64,000 nucleotides of DNA from Nitrospirales bacterium (GTDB lineage: Bacteria; Nitrospirota; Nitrospiria; Nitrospirales; UBA8639). The DNA is taken from positions 352,001 to 416,000 of the forward strand of contig CBDBCZ010000012.1 of NCBI GenBank assembly GCA_965203295.1. Direction: 5' to 3'. Both the position numbers and the translations under genes were made by a program. Of this stretch, positions 25,401 through 38,178 are shown in pieces; position 1 is the stretch's first letter, and each line of letters starts with the position of its first letter. The notes beneath the pieces were generated by a model. It ran no database searches, had not been told where the DNA came from, and saw nothing but the letters and a program-made list of their open reading frames with translations.

Positions 25401-28400
25401 GCCACTGTCCAGGTTCATGCTGGCATTGGTTCTTCTGATGTTCAGGGTTTCCTCGACCTTCTCTTCATCCTAAAAGACTCACTCTCCACCACTATAGACC
25501 ATTCCCTTAGAATCCGGTGGTTGCGCTGGTTGCATGAACAGCAATGTCATTGTTGGGGTCGCCACAGGCAACTGCGTATTTCAGTCTGGTTTCCAGGGTC
25601 CTGCCAGTCTCCCCATGTAACTCTCACTACATTCACAAGAGACTCATACATGAGCCCTTTCATCTGCTCCATTCGTAGTTTACCCTTCAATCTTGTGAGG
25701 GGGCTCCTTAGTGCTCGTTTTGCTGAGAAAGCCACCTGGACTCCAATCCCTCAACATTCCCATTGTATGTGCTCACTCATTCCTTTAACGTAATGGAGGC
25801 AACGGGTTTTAGGCCATTCGTGTGGTTGTTGTGACGGTGGTGCCTCTTCGTCATTCCCCTCCGATTCGTTTTAAGTATGTTCCATACCAGAGGTTGTGGG
25901 TAGCCTTTCTTGATGAAAACCTCCTCAAGGTACTTGAGTTCATTGGTCAGTGATGCCTCAATGCATATCTTCTCTGCACGATCCTGCAAGCATGAGATGA
26001 TGCCTGTCTTTGTCTGGGGCCTCTCTGGGGGTGGTGGTTGGAAGTTAAGTGAAGATACTGATCCGTGTGGGTATTCCTCCTGCAGACACTTGTTTTCAGT
26101 CTCCTATCATCCCCTATGACTGTCACATTCTGCAAGAAGGGTATATCTCCCTCTTTCTTCCAGCTCCAATGTGATATATTTCGAATGTTCTAGGAATATC
26201 TCAAGACTCTCCGCACCATACGTACAAACTAGGAATGTGTTGTCCTCGTATTGCACCCAAAAGGAGGGTTTGTCATTGCTTTGGTTAATGGCTAGAGGTT
26301 TAAAATGCTCCATGAACAAGTTGGCCATCAAAGGTGATAGGGGGGATCCCTCAGCTGCACCTGTAGTCTGTTCATACGATTTCCCTTCAAATCGAAAGTG
26401 TCGATCTCAAATAGAACTCTGTTAACTGGCACAAAGTCTGTTTTGACATTGTAGTTCGCTCCTCCAGATCATCATCCAACCCCAAACTTGCTGCCAACAC
26501 ATCTATGGCTTCATCTACAGGTACTCGTGTGAACAAGCTCTTGATGTCAAAACTAACCATAAGATCAAAATTTCGGAGTTCGATACCGCTGATCTTCTCC
26601 ACAAAGTAAGCTGAATTCTTCATAAAAGACTGTCTTTCCTACCAGAGACTAAAATGTGACAAGATGTGGGCCAATTCTCTTTGGCAAGGGGGTAAGCAAA
26701 TGAGCCTATCGTAGACACTATGGGTCGGAGAGGGGTTCTGTATCTTGGGAAGGTCACATAACTGTGGAGGCATGTTGTTGTTAGGATCCAGTTTCTTCAC
26801 AGCACTTCATTCATTTGGTGTTCCAACTTGCGGGTTGTATCCTTGTTTAGGAGGTTGTAACTTTCGATTTTTGCAATTCTCTCGGTACACATTTCTCTTC
26901 AGTACCACTGTCACATTCCTCTTGTCAGCCAGCAAAGACTACTATGCTCTCATCACCCCTGAAGTAGTGAGAGGTACATTGGCTAGGGGAGACTGACGGG
27001 ACCCTGGAATCCAGACTGAAAGAACATATGTACGTATGCAGTGGCCTGCGGTGGCTCCAACAATGGCATTGCTGTTCATGTGAACCAGCACAACAACCTG
27101 GGAACAGTCCAAGGTGGTGGAGAGAGAGGCTTTCTGGATGAAGAGGAAGGTCCAGGAAGCCCTGAACATCAGGAGAACCAATCCCACTATGAATCTGGAC
27201 AGTGACTACCATTATGATCAGACTTGGAACTCAGTCACCACCTGACTTGTTCCACTTCCTGCTTCTATCTAGAGCACACTTTTGGCACGTACATGTATAC
27301 ACTAGCACTAGTATTTGCTTGTATCATAGCTGAAGAAGCTCCTCGGAGCGAAGCGTCCTGAATTGTACGGATTTAGCTAACCTTCCTACTTGCTATTAAT
27401 ACAACGTAGCAATGAGCCTCTACTCTGACTCTAACATAAAGGCAGGGCTTGACCCGATAATATGCGGCTGCTCCAATCAGGTTTCCTCCAATAATTGAAA
27501 ATGTGGACATGCTGCATACATGTCCTAGCATAATAACTACTTACTGCATCACAAATTCTTTGAGGTTGTCAATCTCACCACTGCACCCTACTGCTCCAAG
27601 GTGCTCCAAGGACTGTGGTAGTATAAAATCACAATAAGATCTACTGTATACTTCCTTCTTAAATAAACATCGTAAATGCATCATATACTTATATAATTTA
27701 TGAGTGAAGGGACTACAGGAATGAGCTTCTGTTCATGTTAAACAGTGACAAGTAAGCATAGTGAAAGAGGGGATACTTGAAACCATACATTAAACCTTCA
27801 ATTGTGGAAAAGAGTTTCTTACAATGAAAGTTGCAACCATGGCGATTTACAGCCTAGCTAGGGCTTTTACGTATCTAATAAAGTGACCAACACCATAAGT
27901 GTACGCAATACAACTACATGACTAATGAATAGGGGCAAACTTTGTAGCTATTGGTAGGCATTCAGTAACCACACTCCTCAGCCTCTGTGTAGAAAAGCGA
28001 CGAACCAAGGCAATCGTTATAAATACCATTGTATATGGCCTTTCACTGTACATTAAAATTGACTACATGTTGCTCAATGTTGCTCAATGTTCCTATAATC
28101 TTAAATGCAAGGGTTCAGGAACATTCTTCACTACCCCTTGGGGTAAATGGAAATATATGTGGACAGAAAACTCTCTGACTGGCGACACACTTATTTGCCA
28201 ACAATTACAGTTCACAGTTCTTGTGTTTGAGCCAATGACCATCTCTGCAGAAATTTGCACGTAAGGTTCCTACTATGCAGTATATGATATCATGGTACAT
28301 GTACAATTGGCATATTCTAGGAACACACTTATGTGTTATACTTTCGCAAGGGTGAGAATGGCCTCTGTAGCAAACCAATTCCCTCTAAATAGATACATAG

Positions 28401-31400
28401 AGAACAGACCTATAGTCTTGACAACATCAGGAAACTTGTGTCATGCAGTCACTACTACTGGCATGGGCAGTATGTTTGCGAGAAGCAGCCATACTGATAC
28501 ATGTATGTACTCAAAATTAAGCCATCAATGCATACATTTTGCTTAATGTTCTTGTTAGAGTGGCCCAATTTCAAGTTTAGGGTGTTGGGGGAATTTCAGT
28601 TACTAAAAATGGGCTCTTCTTCTACATACTTCCTACCTTAGTCTCATATGTAGCTCCATCTGTGTGGCTAGGACTCAAACCATCAGACTTCACAGTAGTG
28701 GGATCCCTGCTGCGGGATGAATTTGAAGCTGCTAGAGGGTTAACAAAAACTTCACCTGAAGGAGAGAAAAACACCAACAACACACAACCACTGTAATGAA
28801 CTGCACAGAGTGAAGATCTGCTATACTCTAGGCATGCACATGCCCAAAATAGTAATGGAGCTATAATACCATGCATGTAGTGGGTATAGTGTCAATCTTT
28901 ACATTGCATTCCAAGTAAATATATTGTTGGCAGTATAGTAGAAACCTCTCATGCAAACATTCAGCAGAACAAAGAGGTCTACTAGCTATAGTATGAACCA
29001 AATTAGTCACAGCTGCTGCAAGCCCACACATAAAGGATGTAGCTAGTTAATGAATGTCATACGTAACTATGTATGTGTCATGACAAGAATGAAGTCAATG
29101 TAGTCGACATAAACATTTGTAAACTCATGACCCTCCGGAAACATTTCCAGTGATGTGACTGTGCTCATTCATATATATAACAATCACGCCTGTCATGGTA
29201 CCTTTATTATGCGTATAATGGAAGAAGTTAGCCAACTAAAACCGTCAAGAGGTAGCGATAGTAAAGGTTGTAGCACCCAGAGTAACAATGGTTATATTTT
29301 AATGTTTTTGGCTACTACTCTACAAGCTCTATGGCCGTACGTATTTTCATGTATCTGAAATGTGTAGTGTTGCATACTGTATAGCTACAAAAATGTGCTG
29401 AAAATGGATCATCAGAGATATGACAGGTGAAAGGAAGACAGTAATCTATACAGCTTCTAAGGCTACCTGGAGCAATGAACAGAAGCAGAAGTATTAATTT
29501 GGAATGTACATGTACCATAGTTTTGGAACTGGAAAACATTCCTTCCAGCACTGCTCTAGCCCTTGTAGTTGCACCTCTGCAGCTGTTTCTCCACATACTG
29601 AGAATCGGGATAAGCACTGGTGCCTGTTTTCGAAATTAGTAGCCTGAACGGTGCTTATATTCACAGTGTGCTTATACTGGTGGGGTGCTTTTACTCGCGA
29701 TATAGCTTCGTTCCCAGGCTCCCCTCATGTGCACTCGCGAAAATTGAGGTATCTTTCCCTAACCCTAAATTTTCGCGAGTGCATGTGGGGGGAGCCTGGG
29801 AATGAGGCTACTCGCGATACATAAAATAGGCAGAGGCTTCCAGCTGTAAAAGTGCTGCAAGCAGAGGCTATGAGTGCCTATTCATGTAGGGTGCCTATTC
29901 TTGTACGGGTGCTTACTATCGGGATATAGTTGTTGTAATCTAATTGGGTGATTATATTCATGGGATGCTTATTTTCGATGTTATCCCGATTCTACGTTAT
30001 TTTGTATAGCTCCACACCAGTTCAAGTAGAGAGTGGCTTGCAATTGCATACAGCTAATCACCAAGTTACAGGTGCCTTCTCACTTAAGTAGAAGCAAACA
30101 ATATGCTTCAGTCCATACCAATATTGTGACGAGACAGAGACTACCCTTTCATTCTATATCCCATTTTATCACAATCTTTGAATGGTGCAAATGGCACTAC
30201 ATAAAGGAGGTATTGCAACAGTGATTGTACTTAAGCTCTGGAATTGATACCAAGAAAAGTCTGTGTAAACCTTACTAACCATCACTGCCACCACTGTCAT
30301 AGTCCAGCGAAGCACTAAGTCCTAGTGCAGCCAGTTTAGCTGCAGTGTTGGTCTGTGTGTTTGTGAAAGTAAAAGTGCACATAAAGACTATAGAATACCT
30401 ACATGCACAGTGAAGTATCAACTGTACTTGCTGGTTAGTCATAATACTGCTGGTAAGGCTGAAGCTTATAAAACTGGATAGGAGAAGCCTGCTGGAGTAC
30501 ATAACACCAAATCTATAATCGTCAATGATTTAATTATCTATACACTGAATAGCAGAAAAAACGTTACTATGCACACCTTCTTTTCGTCCTTTTGGTGAGA
30601 AACAAGAGGCTGTATACCACCTGTTAATTCAGTGGGGCTTGAAGAGGTAGCAATTGGAGAAACGAGAGGGCGACACTCATACGGCTGTGTATCTTGCAGA
30701 AGCTCCTCACTGGGTACTGTGCACAAAAGCAAAATTACATCATCTATAAATGTTTCAAACCAATCTGGACCTCATCCCAATCTGGATCTTGCCCGGTTTT
30801 AGAACCAGATGACTGGTTCAAGGAAAACTAGCTAGCACTTGCCTAGACAGTTCCAGCTGTTGTATATACATTAAAGTTTCAGAAAAATCACTAAAAATGG
30901 AAGAGCATGTGGGATGGAACCGTAAAAAAGTAACCGAACAAGGTAGGAATGACACCACAGAACTTTCACGGATTGCCATCCCTAAATCTTGCCAACCACA
31001 CACATACACACACCACAATCCCCTCCATCCCACATCAACCATATTCATATCCAATTATTGCATTAGACTCCACTGGAATTTATCCTTAGCAGTACCCTAC
31101 ACTCCCTTCAACATACCAAAACTTCCATATTCATCAGCGTGGGTGATTGTAGCTAATTACATTGCAACCCTACCAGCCACATTCACAAATATAGGATATA
31201 TTATAAGTACTTCACAACAGGCATTACATGCATATGTACAACATATCCTCTACATGCACTATCTACACAGCGCTCCCTTCCTCACAGACAACTACTGTTG
31301 CCATTAGCCACACTACAGAATCGCACAGCTACACGCAGTGACCAACATCATAAGAACAGCTGTTTAGATGCATGTACATCGATTAGCTCATACATGTATA

Positions 31401-34400
31401 ATGATTAAGTAGCAAATGAACAGCACAGTAAAGAATAGTGAGCACATCAAAGACTCTATCAAGTGAGTGCTATGCTTCCCAGAGTAAACAGACACACATA
31501 CAGCTGGAATTGGCAGTGTGCGCTGACTGCTCTAAGGAGTATCTTCTTTCTGGTTACTCCACTGAAGAAGTGATGTCCTAATTCATTGGTAGGACAAACA
31601 TTACAAGGTAGAAGCAGCCTTTGCTTGATCGAAGCGCAAGTTTAACAGTCTTAGCATTCAGTTGCATGCATGTGTCTTACATGTACATGTAAGTAGTACC
31701 AGACAACATATGATACGTAAGTGCTTCAAGGCCTTCTCAATGATTGTTCTCCATAGAGATAAAACAGATCTGCTTGGGACGGCCTGGATACAAAGCTACA
31801 TGTGGTCCTGTCATTAGGACTTGAGAAGATACGAAGCCTAAACTGCTTTCTAAACACACAGAGCTACACGTACATGTACCTCTACAACACACATTGTTCT
31901 GTCTCTATTGGACTTACCATTCTCTATTACAGGGGAGCTATCCACACTGCTTTCTACAGTAGTGACAGAATCCACAGGAGCTTTGCTAGAGGGGCGAAGG
32001 TATTTTGCCGAGATTGGTCGAGCACGCATGTCATTTGCCATAACCATCCCTATGGTGAAGAGGTATACAAGTAACAGTTACATGAACCTTTCAACACTAA
32101 GCACAATTTACAAAACTGGTTCTGGTAAACGGACAATTTACTAGGAATGCATATGTGAAATATGCCTTGCGTAGCTATATTTGCATAATTATGGTGGCAG
32201 TTTTTTGTGCAGGTTGGGTACTGGTGAATTGTGGTGCATGGTTGGTGACTTGAGGTTGGTTTATGCAGAGTGGAGTATGCATGTGTGGTCATTGGTAATA
32301 GTGTGCAGCCGTATATAGGGTGTTGCGGTCATGGTTGAGTGATCACGTGTCAAATTGTTCAGACATCCAACTCTTTGTCCGCCACGGCTTTGAAGATGTC
32401 ACCCAAGAAACAGCCAGATGCCATTCTGAACACGTGCCTTGCCCCCGAGGCCTGGGGGAGGGTGGTCGCCAGTTGCAAACCAGCCCCTCGCATAAAAACT
32501 GGCTTGCGAGACTAGCTAGTCATGATAAACAACTACTGGAGAAGCTATGCATATCAAAGCAACTGGCCAGATCACTTTGTCAGCAGCACTTTTGCAATGG
32601 CTAACCACAGCTGCTAACGGAAGAGCGGAGAGCCACAATGCATGCTGGCTTGAAATACAGTACGGCTACACAAACTCTACTAACCCGGGAACTGTAGTAA
32701 GACTCTCTTGATCAAAATATATGACAAATATGACTTTTGTCAGCCATGACTTTGAAGACGTCGACCGAGAAACAGCCAAAGACACAATTTTGAACACGTG
32801 TGCTGCCCCCCGAAGCCCGGGGAAGGGTTTATAGATATATATAAATAAACGATTGTTGAGCGTATAGCACGTGATTATTGGCCTCTATCTGCTCAGCAAT
32901 CCTGTTTTCCATAATTTGTGTACATATGTACCACAAAGTCTTACTCAATATCCTTAAGCTGGCCAGACAACTTCAAAACTAATAGGGAGTACACACAATC
33001 AGAAAGTAGGCTAGCATGTATACTATACAAAGCTATCTGGGACAGTACTTAGCCTTGCATTGCAGTTAGGAAAGTAATGCAGATACGGAATATGAGAATA
33101 ACCATGTGGCAATATGGTAACATGAATCTCAAGGGTAAATAGGGAAACATATGTACATTCCTCAGTGCATGCATACACATTCTCTGCAGTAAGCATAATT
33201 ACAGACACAGTCATCATGTGTACAGCTTGAAGACCATCACCACACATGGTGTAGTCACAGTTCTGATCATTATTTTGCTTCATTACTTCTAATCATTATA
33301 CAAGTTTGCTATATTATATCAAGACATTAATTTAATAAGCACCATACATTTGAATACTTCTATACGTACAGTAGTGCCTACAACGAGAATAGTACTCAAA
33401 AATCTGCATTTCACATTTTGAATGCAAAATTCCTCTGCATGACTACAAAGGCTTTACTCCTTGACCATGATCAGAACTTGGACAGGAATACATCAGTGCC
33501 TTCAGGAAATTATTATGGCTGCTGCTGGGGAATACAGTGGCTGGATTGTTCCAAGAGCATTGTGGCCACAAAGAATCACAAAGTTTGGACCAAAACACTC
33601 AAGATACAGATGGGTTATGTCAAACAAAAGTGTTCTAGATCTACATCACATTTGATGAGCTCCAAGTGGATTATGGGAAAATATGAAGACTGAAGAAGTA
33701 ACAAATAGCCTGATCTTCAAACGGGATCAGACAGGCTTTCAGGTTGTATATACCAGACAAGTGTACAATGCGACAAATTGTGATAACGAACGGCGGATCA
33801 TGGTTGTCACTGCAGATTCATTCATCAGTGAATATCTTTCTCCTCGGGTGATCTACCAAGGTTTCCCCGTGGATGGGAAGTTTGGCACGCCGAAATTCCT
33901 GGTCCAATGAGGATCACTCCAAAGAGAGAGTACGAGATGTCCCATCTACATGTACGTAGCCCTATTTATTATTGAATGATATATGTCTACATGTACGAGG
34001 AGGGAAACAGAGTTGGAGAGAAAGTTTTGTGCAGTCTGATGTGATCCTGACTGTCTCTGCACTGTCAGATGTTTTGCATTTTGTTTAATTCAAGGCAAAG
34101 GCATATCTCCAAGCTGTTGCAGAGATGTTGGCTGCTTTACTTTATGGTCTGAAAAAACAGGTCAAAGAGTGGGCAGTCACTTCTTGTTGCATAATGCATC
34201 GGTACTGAAGACACACAATTGTCAGGCTCTATACTATCAGCTCTACTGTCTGTGGCTTCAGTCTCAACTTCACATTCTCTACAGATATACTAACCATTCC
34301 TCCAATGTTGTCACCATTCATTTGTTTCCATTGTACTGCTGTAATTGTTTGAGAGGTCAACACACCAAACATCAGCTAACAACAAGGAAGGCGCTTTGCT

Positions 34401-37400
34401 AGCAGAACACCAATTGTTGAAGTAAGGACCCAATGACTGCCTTTGTACGGTTGACTTGTACATGTACTTAGTTGCAGATAGTGGAGCTTTCTGCTTAGAA
34501 AGCAGCAAAAACTTGTCGAATTGCTTCCTAAGAGGTGCTTCAGCAAAATTTATGAGATCACATACATGTACTTGCCCAGAAAAGCTACACCAATCAACTT
34601 CTGGAGCACCTGGGCAGAGAAGTGCCACGTGAGCAGTGCAGAAGAGTGGAAGGGAATGCCAGGAATACCTGGTCCAGTAATTAATCGTACAAGAACACAA
34701 GGCACAGTGGCGTTAAACTTCTGATATTTTACTTCACATTCAGTTTGGAGGCTAGGAGTCCAACAACAAGGAAGAGAATTAAAGTAGCAGATTTGAGTGG
34801 CCAAAATCATACTCAATTTGATAATTGTAGGCATGATTTCTGAACTATTCGAAACGCAAACAGAACTGTGAATGTGATTCAAGCTATGAATATGTATAGA
34901 TTGGGTAGGTATGCCTCTACAGGGAATCAATTAAATTTCTACAAGTGATAACCATACCTTAACCCTAGGCTAACCCTAACCCTAACCCTAACCTAACACA
35001 GGAATGAGACATTATTCACTGGATCCACCTCAAGGAGGTTGGAAGTGCTTCGCATAAGCTCCAGGGAAAACCAAAGGGATATTCACAGCAGCAGAACTCT
35101 CAACGCTAAAATTAAAACATCCAATCAGAAAAACTAGAGCCAGACGAGATCATTGCTAAGGATGTGGTGACCGCCATCCAATGCCCTAAGTCACATCAAA
35201 TTGTCAGAGTGGCAGAGACGCTATTATACGTGGAGAATGGTTGGCCCAATTTAATCTAGCTATAATTACAAACTTGGTCCCAGTAACTGCACAGTAAAGT
35301 TACCCCACCAGCTACGCAAGCTTTTGAAGTTAGCTATATATGTACCAGGTTAATATTCACTTAGCTCGCTTTCTCTTTTTAAACAGAATGAACTATCTGA
35401 ATGGGGTGGTTGTAACTAAATTTTGTTGGCCAATTAGTATTGTAGGACCACTTTTTATTGCAATAATAAATGTGAATGCAATTTTTTTGAAGCTCGTAAT
35501 ACATTTTGTCATGAGAAGATTATGTCATCATAACATATGCCGCGCCATGCTGTACTGTACTGTAGCGTCTGGTGTAAATTGTTGCTCGGAAAGTTGCCAT
35601 AGCTAGCGCTGCAGCTGTATTTCTCGTGCCATATGAGCCATCTGCAATATTTGAAGCCGACAAGGATGATTTCCGCTACCACTCCCAGACCATTCTCGTT
35701 GTTCTCATGTTTCAGCCGTGGCTGCTCTCCCACATGAGGGGTCTATATTGCGTTTGTATACGTGGTGGCCTTGAACATTCTCTAGGACATACACACCATC
35801 AGTGCCTTCCTTGACTTGCCATCGTTTTCACATGAAATACAAAATTCTAGAAGCCTTATATGTGAGCGGGCATGGCTGATAATTTTTACGCAATTCACCT
35901 TCAAACCTGAAAACGCAATACTTTTACTTACAAATTCTATGGTATTCAATAAACTAGTAAATAAAATATGCTTACATGTACCTGACTGAATTTGTCGCTG
36001 CTTTTTCTTTTGCTCTATTAACATCCGCTGCAGTGGGCGACAAGCACATCGTTAACAAGCCATGTTCATGCAAAGGAAAACTGTAAAGTGTAGGGACAAT
36101 GTCACATTAAAATGCTACCTGCTATAGCACAGGGACTCAGGTTTCACCCTATCCTATCACATCATTAACAAGCCATGTTCATGCAAGGGAAAACTGTGCA
36201 GTGTAGGGACAATGTCACATTAAAATGATACCTGCCATAAGCACGTGGACTCAGGCTAGTCTCGCGGGCCAGACTAACTTTTCGCCGTGGGAAAAGTATA
36301 GTCTGGTCGTCCACTTATCACGTTTTTGTGCATGGTATTTACAAATATTGGTACGTCATGTAGTTTGAATGCTAATTGGTGACGTCACAGGCGAACACGA
36401 ACCAGTCTTACACGGCTTGCTCTCATTCTTTTCGAAGCGTGGTAGAAACTAGTTTCAGATAACCAGCCCGAATCGCTCAGTCAACAGCGAAATCAGCAGC
36501 TAGCTAGCGCGATTCCGGAAACGGAATTTCATTGTACGTGACGTCATGCATTTAATTGCAAAAGAACAATGCGCCAGCATTCCGGCGCACTTGCACCAAA
36601 ATGGAATAAGCGGATGGCCAGACTTACTTTTCCCACGGAGGCGGCGAAAAGTTAGTCTGGCCCGCGAGACTAGACTCAGGCTTTCACCCTATCCTATCAC
36701 CGAAACTGTACTATCAGAAGATTAGCACACATACGTATATGCGTTCTCCTAAAGGCCTTTGCAATAACATGTGCTCAAGGTAAATCAATTGAAAACTGCA
36801 AATGCTATCATATTGTGGGGATGAGATTTCTGAAAATTGTAAAGCTACAGGGACATGTATTGCCTTGACATGCTGCTGGTGTCTCTACAGTTTGTTGTGT
36901 CATTGATGCATAGACTGGCAAGTTGTCCACTGGGCACATTCATTGAGCATTCCAGGCTATGGAAACAAGGCCATGATTTTAAGCTGCTTGTTTGCCGCAG
37001 AGGCACAGTTAGATGTCCTTCAATGTTGTGTCTCTAAACTAATGTCACACCTCCCCTCGCTACAGTCCAACCAATAGAAACACTGGGATCCCCAGGCTAT
37101 GACCTAATGTCTCTGAAGTACACCAAACCATTTTGCGGATACCCTGTAACATACACAGAGAGAATATATTTTGAGATTGGGTTGCCTTAGCATGCTGTGA
37201 GATCTATAACCTTACCTCCAGTGTTATGTACTTTGTTTACTGCATTATTGTCTACTTGCAGGGCCACTTCTGATACAATATGTAAGGCACTGAACTTAAT
37301 TACTTCTTATGCACAAGATTAACAGCTTTAGACTAACACTACAGTAGAAGTATTTCATCTGTATTACTACTAGGAATATTCTGTGCACCAAGACTTTTCA

Positions 37401-37489
37401 AACTGCACAAGATAATTCCTTTTAATTACCTGCTTGTCCAGTTTCTGCTGACGTCCTGTAGATGCAGGACCACTAGTGGTGGGATCCAT
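16417..37489 (-). CDS. TUB: Tubby-family protein (TUB/TULP), 14 coding exons, ~462 aa
   Basis: GT-AG exons in consistent phase: 37430-37489, 35982-36027, 31918-32049, 30577-30716, 30280-30352, 28637-28755, 27545-27612, 24626-24743, 23367-23479, 22138-22252, 20451-20549, 19882-19969, 19275-19358, 16417-16550. Tubby motifs: [81 protein letters not shown]-terminal [10 protein letters not shown]. An upstream exon probably exists because an acceptor precedes the ATG. Confidence 0.96.
16906..17177. mobile_element. TAG...CTA MITE with 9-bp TSD
   Basis: TAGTCTATCGAGCTAGAC...GTCTAGCTTGATAGACTA, flanked by GAAGAGATT on both sides. Shorter relatives at 19756-19842 and ~48615-48677. Confidence 0.9.
18716..19003. 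repeat. ~290-bp imperfect palindrome (MITE-like)
   Basis: GACACAGCTATGATAGGACAAA...TTTGTCCAATCATAGCTGTGTC arms. Overlapping ORFs on both strands give similar peptides, as expected for a hairpin. Confidence 0.8.
21154..21204. mobile_element. 51-bp TAG...CTA MITE with 9-bp TSD
   Basis: TAGCCTCGTTCCCAGGCCCG...CGGGCCTGGGAACGAGGCTA, flanked by CTTAAGTGG on both sides. Confidence 0.9.
21464..21998. mobile_element. Non-autonomous Tc1/mariner-pogo type element
   Basis: TA|CCATAAACTCTGGAGTA ... TACTCCAGAGTTTATGG|TA, with internal GGGTACTTAT repeats. Confidence 0.75.
25190..26790 (-). mobile_element. Decayed Penelope-like retroelement (RT + GIY-YIG) in a tubby intron
   Basis: Frameshifted fragments: [90 protein letters not shown], then GIY-YIG-like remnants. 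These are typical PLE RT/thumb motifs. Confidence 0.9.
26960..27435 (+). mobile_element. Inverted copy of the PLE 3' end (GIY-YIG C-terminus + pseudo-LTR)
   Basis: Homologous in reverse orientation to ~25190-25630. Degenerate [15 protein letters not shown] and [20 protein letters not shown]. Confidence 0.85.
29703..29810. mobile_element. TAG...CTA MITE with 9-bp TSD, nested in another repeat
   Basis: TAGCTTCGTTCCCAGGCTCCCC...GGGGAGCCTGGGAATGAGGCTA, flanked by CTCGCGATA on both sides. Confidence 0.9.
36257..36672. mobile_element. 416-bp TAG...CTA non-autonomous element with 9-bp TSD
   Basis: Same TIRs as 3597-3678, flanked by GACTCAGGC on both sides. Inserted in the second unit of a ~120-bp tandem duplication (36050-36250). 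Confidence 0.92.
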
Positions 37490-38178
37490 CTGTGGAACAC
37501 AATAGGATTTTATGTGACTTGCGGTTCTAAATGCATCCCTTACTGTTCTGCTACGTACACGTACTACTCCGTGTTTGTGTGTTTTCATGACATGGATATA
37601 GTTAGTGACTACTGTTCCTTAAGCAACACCGAATACGTAGATCATACCCCTTACATGCACAGGCAAGCATAACTGATGCAGGCCGAGCTACCTTACAGTT
37701 TTGTGCTGCCTGTATTGTGGGGAAAGGCATTTCTTTCAGCTGTCTGGGAAAGAAAACTGGGCTATACACACACTGATATGAGTGCGTTCAGCTACTGTTT
37801 GAACTTCATTGGGATTTGTGGCACTATTAAAGCATACGACAGCATTGTAGTCTCGTGACCAGACCAAGCGAAAAACGGTGATCTGGCGTGGTTATTACCG
37901 GCACACTTTATTCTGCCACATCTATGGCTGCACATTAGTCTCGCGAGACTGATACACAATATCACAGGCAAGAAGAGCTGCGCTGATGCTAACCTGTTTT
38001 CAGTTGTTATCAGTGCTTAGTAGGAATACTTCCCCACAGAACTACGCCTTTGACCAGATCTAAGCTGACTTGAGTGGGAGGGGCCAGTCTCCGGGCCAAT
38101 CTCTCCTGGCGGAGGTGTCAAAAAGTTAGTCCTGCCCGCGAGAACACGGGGACTAAATTTCGGCTTGGGATAGAATTA

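Noticed and set aside
34960..34997. (CCCTAA)n telomere-like repeat
   Set aside because: Only ~4-5 imperfect units inside an intron; too short to imply a telomere or fusion site.
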